From Flavobacteriaceae bacterium (GTDB taxonomy: Bacteria > Bacteroidota > Bacteroidia > Flavobacteriales > Flavobacteriaceae), in the NCBI GenBank assembly GCA_965224465.1, contig OZ245049.1, positions 480,001-512,000 on the forward strand: a DNA stretch of 32,000 nt, given 5' to 3'. A program made the position numbers and the translations under genes. A model generated the notes under the pieces. That model saw only the letters and a program-made list of their open reading frames with translations, did not search any database and was not told the origin of the DNA. Of the stretch, positions 24,462 through 32,000 are shown one piece after another. Each line of letters opens with the position of its first letter. Positions within the stretch are counted from its first letter, which is position 1.

Positions 24462-25394
24462 TTAAATACCAAGTATGTTTTTAACACTATTCATAATTCC
24501 TTTTTTACTCCCTACTTTATCGTCTTCTTCAAAGAGGATTCCTTTTACATTTAAGTGATGCCCTATTTGATCTTTTCCCAGTTCTTGTTCGAAACCAATA
24601 ATCTGTTTTCTGTATTTACACAGCTGACAGTTCATATTTCCTGTACCTTCTTTTACCTGTTCTAGACGTTCGTCAAATGCTTTGAGTACCAATTCGTCAG
24701 AACCAAATGGTTTGGTGTAATGATATTGGTTTTCAGAACCACGCTCAAAGTCTTCCACCGCAGCATAAATACGTTCTAACAAAACTCCTGTAAAAAAGAA
24801 AAAAGGGATGACCATGGTACGCTTAAAATTTAGTTTTTCTACTAATTTCAAGGTTTCTGGTACGCTAGGATATGCCATGCCGCTATAGCCAACAGTAGCA
24901 AAACCATAGCCCATTCCTTCGCTAAGCATGCTACATAATTTATGTACATCAGAATTGGCATCTGGATCTGTAGTTCCTCTTCCCACCACTACCAAACAGG
25001 TTTCTCTTCTAGGGATTGGAGGCAATTCACGTTCTTTCTCTTCTAGTAATTGCTGAGCTAGTTGCAGTAAAAAAGTACTCACACCTAAGTGTTTCCCCAT
25101 TCTAATGCGTAGGTCTGGATAGTAAGATTGTATGGTATTCAATTCGTAAGGAATATCATTTTTGGCATGAGAGCCCGCAAATAAAATAACGGGCAATGCT
25201 ATAATATCACGAATTCCTTTTTGATACATCCGTTCCACTGCCGCTTCATACAAAGGGTGGTTGAATTCTAAGAATCCATAATCAACCTCGTACTCGGAAT
25301 ACCTACTTTTTAAGGTATTTACCATTTTTTTAAAAGCAGCGGTACCTGTTTTTGTCCTGCTTCCGTGTCCACATAATAATATTCCTTTCTTCAT
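24462..25394 (-). CDS. cbiX: Long-form class II chelatase CbiX(L) (sirohydrochlorin cobaltochelatase, or SirB-like)
   Basis: A two-domain CbiX fold (ILLCGHGSR...; second half LVVVGRGTTDPDAN). The C-terminal MNCQLC fits the MxCxxC Fe-S motif described for Bacillus megaterium CbiXL. Confidence 0.8.
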   Translation of the reverse strand: MKKGILLCGHGSRTKTGTAAFKKMVNTLKSRYSEYEVDYGFLEFNHPLYEAAVERMYQKGIRDIIALPVILFAGSHAKNDIPYELNTIQSYYPDLRIRMGKHLGVSTFLLQLAQQLLEEKERELPPIPRRETCLVVVGRGTTDPDANSDVHKLCSMLSEGMGYGFATVGYSGMAYPSVPETLKLVEKLNFKRTMVIPFFFFTGVLLERIYAAVEDFERGSENQYHYTKPFGSDELVLKAFDERLEQVKEGTGNMNCQLCKYRKQIIGFEQELGKDQIGHHLNVKGILFEEDDKVGSKKGIMNSVKNILGI

Positions 25395-25398
25395 CCTC

Positions 25399-26955
25399 TT
25401 ATATTGGTTCTACTCCTATAAGAAATACCACTGGCATTTCTAAATTATGAATTTTAACTTCCTTTTCAATCGTTCCTAAAGTTGCTGTTAATAACACCTG
25501 GTTTTTACGAGAGACATTAGAAATAGCATTGATAGGAATGCTTGCATCTCCAGTAGCTTCAATAAGTTTTGGCACTAACTTATCCAGGCTTTTTAAGCCC
25601 ATATACAAAGCCAAGGTATTCCCTGCTTTTAACATCGCTCCAATTCCTTGTAATTGTTCAAAAGAATAATCGGCGGTATGCGCGGTACAAATAAGCACTG
25701 CATTGGATTTTTTACGTTCTGTAATCGGGATATTACAGGTATTTGCCGCAGCCAATGCAGCAGAAATACCAGGAACTACGGTAAACGGCACTTGCTTCGC
25801 CATTAAATACCGTGCTTCTTCACCTGCTCTTCCATAAATATATGGATCTCCAGATTTGATTCGAACTACATTTTTTCCTTGCTGATAAAAATCAACTAAC
25901 AACTTATTAATGGTCTCTTGACGATCGGTTTGATTTTCAACATCACCATATTTCCTACCTACATAAACACGTTCTGCCAATGTATTCAGGTCCAAAATTT
26001 CTTGGCTGATTAAGTTATCATGTAATAAAACATCTGCTTTTTGCAATGCTTCAAACGCTTGTAATGTCAATAATTTCACATTCCCTGGCCCTGCACCAAT
26101 AATAGCGATGTTCCCTTCTTTTTTTTCTTGAATAATGTCACAAGGATCATCATAACTATAGCAGAAATTCAATAGTTCTTTTGATTTGTTATTCGCTATA
26201 ACCTTGGTTGGTTGATGCTCCAAACCATCATAAAAAACGGGTGTATTTAAACCCAGTGCCTTTGCAGCTTTTTTATAATAAACCTCACGTAAAGGATGCT
26301 CACTAGCACAGCCATTGATAATTTCACCAAAACAATCTTGCTCAATAATAGCTTCGATCAAACCTATACAATCGTCTCTATGAATCAGATTTACGGTTGC
26401 TTTTGGATTTTTAAGAAGCTTTTCGCCCGCTAAAAACGTACCTGGATGACGGTCTGGACCAATCAAACCACCGAAACGAACAATGGTTGCATTGTTCTTA
26501 AAATGAGACTGAATCAATTTTTCTGCTGCCAATACTGCAATACCAGAAGCTTTGATAGGAATGGCATCCATATCTTCACTCATAGGAACAGTACCTATTC
26601 CATACACAGCTGTAGAACTCACAAAAATTACTTTTACATTTTTTGAAGTTCTCGCAATCATTTGGCTGATTTGGTTTGGATATATCTGTTCTATATCCTG
26701 AACCCGTTTTGGTGGGATATTGATAATTAAACAATCAACACCTTCAACAAACGCTTCCCAATCGCCTTGAATATCAAAAGCGGTCACCCCAATTCTTGCT
26801 GTATAAAAAGGAAGTTTTGCCAATGCCTTCGCCTTGACAATGGAACGTGCACTTCCCGAAATAACATAGCCCTTTTTACAAAGGGAAATGGCAAGGGATT
26901 TCCCTAGCCAGCCCAAGCCTACAATGGCAATATTTTTAACTTTGGTTTGTCTCAT
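25399..26955 (-). CDS. cobA: Extended-SDR/epimerase-like Rossmann domain fused to uroporphyrinogen-III C-methyltransferase (CobA/SUMT)
   Basis: Residues ~1-275 carry IAIVGLGWLGKSLA and FVSSTAVYG (NAD-dependent epimerase-like). Residues ~280-518 carry IAIIGAGPGNVKLLTLQA...SGDPYIYGRAGEE...VVPGISAALAAA (SUMT). Confidence 0.85.
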   Translation of the reverse strand: MRQTKVKNIAIVGLGWLGKSLAISLCKKGYVISGSARSIVKAKALAKLPFYTARIGVTAFDIQGDWEAFVEGVDCLIINIPPKRVQDIEQIYPNQISQMIARTSKNVKVIFVSSTAVYGIGTVPMSEDMDAIPIKASGIAVLAAEKLIQSHFKNNATIVRFGGLIGPDRHPGTFLAGEKLLKNPKATVNLIHRDDCIGLIEAIIEQDCFGEIINGCASEHPLREVYYKKAAKALGLNTPVFYDGLEHQPTKVIANNKSKELLNFCYSYDDPCDIIQEKKEGNIAIIGAGPGNVKLLTLQAFEALQKADVLLHDNLISQEILDLNTLAERVYVGRKYGDVENQTDRQETINKLLVDFYQQGKNVVRIKSGDPYIYGRAGEEARYLMAKQVPFTVVPGISAALAAANTCNIPITERKKSNAVLICTAHTADYSFEQLQGIGAMLKAGNTLALYMGLKSLDKLVPKLIEATGDASIPINAISNVSRKNQVLLTATLGTIEKEVKIHNLEMPVVFLIGVEPI

Positions 26956-26970
26956 TTTTTTAATTCATAC

Positions 26971-29220
26971 TTAAAAGTTATAACTTAACGCTGCTTTTAT
27001 ATAGCGCGGTGTTCCAGGAGTAAAATGCACATCATCTACTGCTAAAACCTCATTCTTTAATCTAGAAGTATCATAAAAAACAGCTTCTTTCCATTTTATA
27101 TTAAAAAGGTTTTGAGCAGAAACTTCTATTTTAAAATTATGGAATATTTTATTGATACTAGCATCTAATATAAAATAATCTTTTGCTAGGATACTTTCAT
27201 CTTCATTTAAGGGTCTTTTAGCCATGTATCTTGAGCCCAAATAAAACTCCATTTTATGTTTGGCATACGTATACACAATAGACGAGGTATTTGTAAATCT
27301 AGGCGCCGAAGGAATGCTGTTTTCCGTATTTGGAACATCCAATAAAATACCTCTACTCCAGTTGGCAGATGTATTGATCCAAAAATTATCTATTGGGTTA
27401 AATTTTGCAGCAATATCAATCCCTTTTCTAAAGGAAGATCCATTATTTTCATAACTTCCCGTATCCGAAACAAAAATATATTCAGAATTACTTTTCAATG
27501 CCCAAGCTGCAACAGAAGCAATTAACTTATCTCCAATTCTAAACTCGCTCCCCACATCCATGGCTATGGCTTTTGGTAAAGGGTGGATGTTTTTATCCTT
27601 CACTGCAGCCTGCGTATAATTGGAATGATAACCAGATCCACCCTTAATGAACAACTGAATATTTTGAACAGGATTGTAAAAAACAGATATTTTTGGACTC
27701 CATCTAAAAGCATTTTGAGAACCACTTACATTGGTTCCTAATTTATCTTCAACTTTAAAAGTAAAATAATCGAATCGTGTTCCAAATTGGAGTACAAGAT
27801 TTGGTGATAATTGCCAATTTTCTTTGACATATCCCCAATAATTAGTTTCACTTAAAGCATTTTTATTTTTAACTTCTTTATATTCTTTTGAAACGGCAGA
27901 CCACAACGCAGAATTTATCCAATCAGAACGAAATCCAGCAGAAAAAGTAGTGCTAAGTTTTGTGCTATTTAAAGCATCTTTTCGTTCGTACTCAAAGATA
28001 TATCCAAGTACATTTCTACTTTCGTTTTGCGCAATCATATCTCCATTTACGGGATCGTTTAGAAAAAACGTGAAATTGGAGAACAATTGATATTTGTTAT
28101 TTACAAAATATAGTTGGTTGGTAATTGTTTGGTCATTTTCCAATACTGAAGTCACTTTTAAAGAGCTATTCAACCTTGCTGTTTCACCACCTTCTGTATT
28201 ATCAATGGCTCCAAACCAAGGAATACTACCATTTTCGTAGGCTCTTAATGGAATTTGTCCAGAAGCATCCCAAGAACTCGTAAAATAAGAACTCACAAAA
28301 GACAAGGATGTTTGGTTTCCTAATTCTACATTGTATTTAAACAAACTACTTATTTTTTTAAAGTGCTGTCCTGCATCAAAATAACTTCTATTTAAGGTGC
28401 CTTCTAAGGCAAAATAAGCACTTTCGTACTTGTCTTTAGAAAACAAACGTTCGTTAGGTGTCATATTAAATAAGAGCAGTCCTCTTTGATAGCCGTACTG
28501 ACCAACTTCTAACTTTACCATATTTCCTTCCAATTCGTTTTTTGTTTTAAAACGCGCTGCTCCAGACACAGAAAAATTTCCGTTTTTTAGTTCGTAAGGC
28601 CCTTTGTAATAATCAGCATCCTGAATCAATTCTGGAATTATAAAATGCATATCTGCATATCCTTGACCATGTGCATGACTTGACAAATTGATAGGAATAC
28701 CATCCATAAAAACACCAAAATCTGTTCCGTGATCATTGTCAAATCCACGGAAAAAAATCTGTTCTGCTTTTCCTCCTCCAGCGTGTTGAGCTATAAACAA
28801 ACCGCTCACCGTTTTTAATAAATCTTGGGCATTATTTATAGGTTGAAGTTTTAAACTCAACTTATCAATATGCTGTACCCCAATATTTTGACGTCTACTT
28901 GCTAGAATGGTTATTTCTTTTAAATACTCATTACTAGAAGTCAAACTAATTTGCTTCTTTCCTTTAATTTTTTTCAACAAAAACACTTCTGAGATATAGC
29001 CGAGACTTGATATTTTAATAACATCTGTAAGTGCACCTTTTATATGAAACACTCCGTTTTCGTTGGTACTCGTAAAAACCCCTGAGGTTTGATTGTACAC
29101 ATCCACATAAGGAATACTTGTAAACGATGTCGCATCGATTACCTTAATTGTCAGATTTTCTTGCGCTACAACCATCCCGTGAAGTGCAACAAAAATCAGT
29201 AAAAAATTGATTTTTTTCAT
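26971..29220 (-). CDS. TonB-dependent outer-membrane receptor with an N-terminal CarboxypepD_reg-like domain
   Basis: The signal peptide is MKKINFLLIFVALHGMVVAQE, so I prefer the ATG at 29220 to the track start at 29274. It has plug and beta-barrel sequence and a C-terminal aromatic residue (SYNF). It is the first gene downstream of the B12 riboswitch. Confidence 0.85.
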   Translation of the reverse strand: MKKINFLLIFVALHGMVVAQENLTIKVIDATSFTSIPYVDVYNQTSGVFTSTNENGVFHIKGALTDVIKISSLGYISEVFLLKKIKGKKQISLTSSNEYLKEITILASRRQNIGVQHIDKLSLKLQPINNAQDLLKTVSGLFIAQHAGGGKAEQIFFRGFDNDHGTDFGVFMDGIPINLSSHAHGQGYADMHFIIPELIQDADYYKGPYELKNGNFSVSGAARFKTKNELEGNMVKLEVGQYGYQRGLLLFNMTPNERLFSKDKYESAYFALEGTLNRSYFDAGQHFKKISSLFKYNVELGNQTSLSFVSSYFTSSWDASGQIPLRAYENGSIPWFGAIDNTEGGETARLNSSLKVTSVLENDQTITNQLYFVNNKYQLFSNFTFFLNDPVNGDMIAQNESRNVLGYIFEYERKDALNSTKLSTTFSAGFRSDWINSALWSAVSKEYKEVKNKNALSETNYWGYVKENWQLSPNLVLQFGTRFDYFTFKVEDKLGTNVSGSQNAFRWSPKISVFYNPVQNIQLFIKGGSGYHSNYTQAAVKDKNIHPLPKAIAMDVGSEFRIGDKLIASVAAWALKSNSEYIFVSDTGSYENNGSSFRKGIDIAAKFNPIDNFWINTSANWSRGILLDVPNTENSIPSAPRFTNTSSIVYTYAKHKMEFYLGSRYMAKRPLNEDESILAKDYFILDASINKIFHNFKIEVSAQNLFNIKWKEAVFYDTSRLKNEVLAVDDVHFTPGTPRYIKAALSYNF

Positions 29221-29289
29221 TTGTTTCTTTTGGTTCGAGAAGCAGAAAAGAGAAGGCATCACAAAAAATTGCAATAGACAAGACTCTAA

Positions 29290-29478
29290 CCTTTATCCCG
29301 AAAGTTTAGTAAATATTTAATATGCTTAAAGGCAGGTCTTCTGACTTACTCTACTTTTAACGTCTTCCCATCCATTCGGACAGTGACAAAGGTGTTAAAA
29401 GCTTTTTTTTAATAGAGCTTACAGCTGCGGGTACAGTTCTCGAATTACACGAGATTCCCTTATTAATTCATTTTCTAA
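29290..29478 (-). promoter_or_regulatory. Cobalamin riboswitch (RF00174 class)
   Basis: The minus strand reads AAGGGAATCTCGTGTAATTCGAGAACTGTACCCGCAGCTGTAAGC (29460-29416). The B12 box AGTCAGAAGACCTGCC is at 29346-29330. Both match the conserved cores. The ends are approximate, and I could not pair P1 by eye. Confidence 0.85.
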
Positions 29479-29729
29479 TATGCTAGAAATAGAAACCAAT
29501 AGCAGGACAAATATATTTATTATTCCCTCAAATACCTAAGGAATAATCATGTTGTTTTCTTATTTTAAAAATCTGTAAATCAATACGCTACAAAAAATAA
29601 ATTTCTACAACCTGTTATTTATCATATTTACAATAGACAAGCCCTCATCATAAAATCTTAGCCTGACAAAATCTCTTATATAAATGATAAAAAACAATAA
29701 TTTGAGGCTAGCAAAAAAATCATTTCTAC

Positions 29730-29765
29730 AAAAAAAATGGATGCTTTCCGTAAAGAAAACATCCA
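29730..29765 (-). terminator. Rho-independent terminator downstream of the PepSY gene
   Basis: The minus strand has the imperfect hairpin GGATGTTTTC-TTTACG-GAAAGCATCC, with one mismatch, followed by ATTTTTTTTG. Confidence 0.6.
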
Positions 29766-29928
29766 ATATATAGGATGGGAATTAGATTCCGATTGTCACA
29801 TTAAAAAGCCGTTTGAAACACGATTTTTAGAATTCAATTAAACATTTTATTTACAAACACTTACAAATCCGAATATAATACCAAGCCCTCTATAAACTTC
29901 AAACACTCGAAGTATACATAAATCTAAG

Positions 29929-30010
29929 GATAGCTATCGTTAATTTTTTAACAACGCTAGAACGTAAAACAAACTATTAATAGCAGTCATTTTGGAGTGT
30001 AGTTGGCATT
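29929..30010 (+). repeat. R-family repeat, copy R3 (partial, opposite orientation to R1 and R2)
   Basis: GGATAGCTATCGTTAATTTTTTAACAACGCTAGAACGTAAAACAAACTATTAATAGCAGTCATTTTGGAGTGTAGTTGGCAT aligns with the minus strand of 12199-12290. Confidence 0.7.
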
Positions 30011-31466
30011 ACTTTTTCTTCGCATGTTTCTTGATTTTCCTATTGATAAATTTAATACCTAAACCAGTAGCAGTCAAAGAAATTACTGTCCCTCCGAGCA
30101 ACAAAAACCACATAATAACATCCCATAATACTCCTTTAGAAGTAAGGAAATTAAAATCCAAGCTATGCAAACCGTGATATAACCAACGCTGAACCCTGTT
30201 TTTTGTACTGCATTTATACAGCATTTCTGTTGATGAAGGATCTATATAATACGCTTTATCAGCACGTGTTATAATTTTAAACACGGGCAACGTTTTTTTA
30301 TTGGTTTTACTGTAGTAATAATGATCATAGCCTGTCATAATCTCTGAATGCACAATGGTATCCATCGGATCAAATTTAGAAATCAGTAGCTTATAATCAT
30401 TCAGCGTTGGAACTGCTGAGTTATCAGAATAACACTGCAAGGTTTTTTTAGCCTCCTCCACGCCCACTACATACAATTTAGAAGCATACTTTTTTAGATG
30501 GACTTCTTTTACCCTAAGATTATTTGCAGATTCTTTAAAGCAATTCCAATCCACCGTATTAAAATCTCTCCATGTAAACTCACCACCTTGCCAACTGTTA
30601 TTTTCTATGCGAGACAAACGTGTAGAGGGTGTCCAATCAAAAGGCGTCATACTCATAAGTCCACTAAAAATCCATGTGCAGACAAACAAACCAAATATCA
30701 AACCAAAATAATAATGAATATTATACCAGTTGTTCTTAAACCTTCTAAATGGTTTCTTAGGTTTCTTCTTAGCCCGTACCAATCCCGTTACAATTCCTGT
30801 AACCGCCATTAAAAATCCAAGCCCTGATAACCAAATTATAAGTTGTACCCAAAAAGCAGTGTGTACTCGTATATCTCTAAAATATATCCAATGAGGAATC
30901 GCTCCAAGCCATGCCCACATTCGGTCAGAATTTGTAGTGAGGCTCAAGAGTTCACCTGTTAAGGAAGATACATAGATCCGTGTCACATCCACATCATTTA
31001 ACATTACATTATACACGGGTAAATGTTTGAGGAATGATGTTCTAGGAATCCATTGATCCAATACATCCAACCGAGATACTGTCACATTATCACCCTGTAT
31101 ATCCACTGCATCCAACGCTATTTTCTTCGCCAATTGTGCATCCACACGAACTATAGTACCATCTTTAGCATATCTAGAAACAATACGTCCCTTATTGGAA
31201 CAAACCTTGTATACTGGACGGTTTAATAAATAGGTGATTTTAAAACTATGGATACTTTCTATGGAATCGTTTTTAAAAACAATGCCCGGAGAGATAAATG
31301 CCTCCGTATCCATTGTTCTTTTCTTTAACAGTGCTATTTTATCCGATTTTTTCAATAGAGGAAACCCCTTGTACATCAATACAAAACCAGATAAAAACCA
31401 AATTAAGAATAAGAAGAAAAAAAAGGTTCCTAAATAATGGTGAATTTCAATTAATAATTTTTTCAA
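30009..31466 (-). CDS. PepSY-associated TM-helix protein (PiuB-like)
   Basis: 485 aa. The N-terminal HHYLG motif sits in a TM helix, there are four or more TM helices, and a TonB-dependent receptor lies immediately upstream. The track start is TTG, and I see no nearby in-frame ATG. Confidence 0.7.
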   Translation of the reverse strand: MKKLLIEIHHYLGTFFFFLFLIWFLSGFVLMYKGFPLLKKSDKIALLKKRTMDTEAFISPGIVFKNDSIESIHSFKITYLLNRPVYKVCSNKGRIVSRYAKDGTIVRVDAQLAKKIALDAVDIQGDNVTVSRLDVLDQWIPRTSFLKHLPVYNVMLNDVDVTRIYVSSLTGELLSLTTNSDRMWAWLGAIPHWIYFRDIRVHTAFWVQLIIWLSGLGFLMAVTGIVTGLVRAKKKPKKPFRRFKNNWYNIHYYFGLIFGLFVCTWIFSGLMSMTPFDWTPSTRLSRIENNSWQGGEFTWRDFNTVDWNCFKESANNLRVKEVHLKKYASKLYVVGVEEAKKTLQCYSDNSAVPTLNDYKLLISKFDPMDTIVHSEIMTGYDHYYYSKTNKKTLPVFKIITRADKAYYIDPSSTEMLYKCSTKNRVQRWLYHGLHSLDFNFLTSKGVLWDVIMWFLLLGGTVISLTATGLGIKFINRKIKKHAKKK

Positions 31467-31475
31467 AATAATAAA

Positions 31476-31533
31476 TTTAAAAAAACCACAGCGTACAATT
31501 GTTCAACATAAACAATCATAGACTGTGGTTTTC
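31476..31533 (-). terminator. Terminator-like hairpin after the upstream receptor gene
   Basis: A 10-bp stem AAAACCACAG/CTGTGGTTTT with a ~31-nt loop, followed on the minus strand by a T-run. Confidence 0.45.
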
Positions 31534-31548
31534 AATTATCAAACAATA

Positions 31549-32000
31549 TTAAAATTTATAGCCCAAACTAAGCTTGTAATTTCTTCCTTTCCCAGGGAAA
31601 AATTGATTCCCATATATCGCATCCGCAAAATATAATTTATCTGTAATATTATCAACATTTAAAGAGAGTCTAACACTTTTAAATTGATGATACACCGTTG
31701 CATCTACTGTTGCATACGAAGGCAACAAATAAGTATTGGAAGAATTGGTGTAATTTTCACTTACATAATTAAATCCAAGACCCAGTCCTAAACCTTTTGC
31801 CAAGCCTTCTTGTTTCTCGTAATTTAACCATGCATTTGCCAAATGTTCTGGCGCAAATCTAAGTTTGTTCCCAACTTTTATAGCCTGTAATGTAGGACTG
31901 TCAAATTCGCGTACTTTAGCGTCTACATACGCATAGCCACCTTTGAAATACAATCCATTTAGGATTTGAAATTCTACATCTAACTCTACACCTTTAGAAT
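31549..32000 (-). CDS. TonB-dependent (siderophore-type) receptor, C-terminal part; the 5' end lies beyond the window
   Basis: The frame stays open past the track ATG to base 32000 (SKGVELDVEFQILNGLYFKGGYAYVDAKV...). It has beta-barrel repeats and a terminal LGYKF. Confidence 0.8.
   Translation of the reverse strand, partial: SKGVELDVEFQILNGLYFKGGYAYVDAKVREFDSPTLQAIKVGNKLRFAPEHLANAWLNYEKQEGLAKGLGLGLGFNYVSENYTNSSNTYLLPSYATVDATVYHQFKSVRLSLNVDNITDKLYFADAIYGNQFFPGKGRNYKLSLGYKF

Noticed and set aside
29221-29274. N-terminal extension MQFFVMPSLFCFSNQKKQ of the TonB-dependent receptor
   Set aside because: The downstream Met begins a typical signal peptide (MKKINFLLIFVALHG...AQE). The extension is not signal-like and intrudes on the riboswitch expression platform.

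Overview
AT-rich segment that looks like Bacteroidota, probably Flavobacteriia. This placement is my inference from gene content (CarboxypepD_reg-type TonB receptors, GVAPLEL/GIAPTEL-type REP hairpins, very tight minus-strand operons); it has not been searched. The window has three parts. (1) Bases 1-6000 are a mobile-element and pseudogene junkyard. They hold a truncated IS4-type transposase, a RhuM-family pseudogene, two 99% identical copies of an IS200/IS605-type Y1 (RAYT-like) transposase each bracketed by nested inverted REP-like hairpin doublets, a Bro-N pseudogene, a complete IS1595-family element, an Rhs/YD-repeat fragment, and two unclassified short repeat families (B and C). (2) Bases 6006-29480 are a minus-strand cobalamin (B12) biosynthesis supercluster. 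A cobalamin riboswitch (B12 box at 29330-29346) leads a TonB-dependent receptor, followed by an SDR-like::CobA fusion, CbiX(L), CbiL, CbiH::CbiC, CbiE::CbiT, CbiG::CbiF, CbiJ, CbiD, a NiCoT-like HX4DH membrane protein, a ChlI::ChlD-like AAA+/vWA protein, CbiA, BluB and a PduO-type adenosyltransferase. Separate cobW plus half-MFS and cobN modules follow. (3) Bases 29.7-32 kb carry a PepSY-TM protein and the 3' end of a second TonB-dependent receptor. I see no rRNA, tRNA or CRISPR array. The points most worth follow-up are the non-canonical parts of the B12 cluster (two cobalt-chelatase systems, the single-chain ChlI::ChlD partner, the SDR-like domain fused to CobA, the embedded NiCoT-like transporter), an intergenic repeat family that supplies a shared box upstream of cobN and cobW, and the REP/RAYT plus B/C repeat architecture around the IS1595 element.
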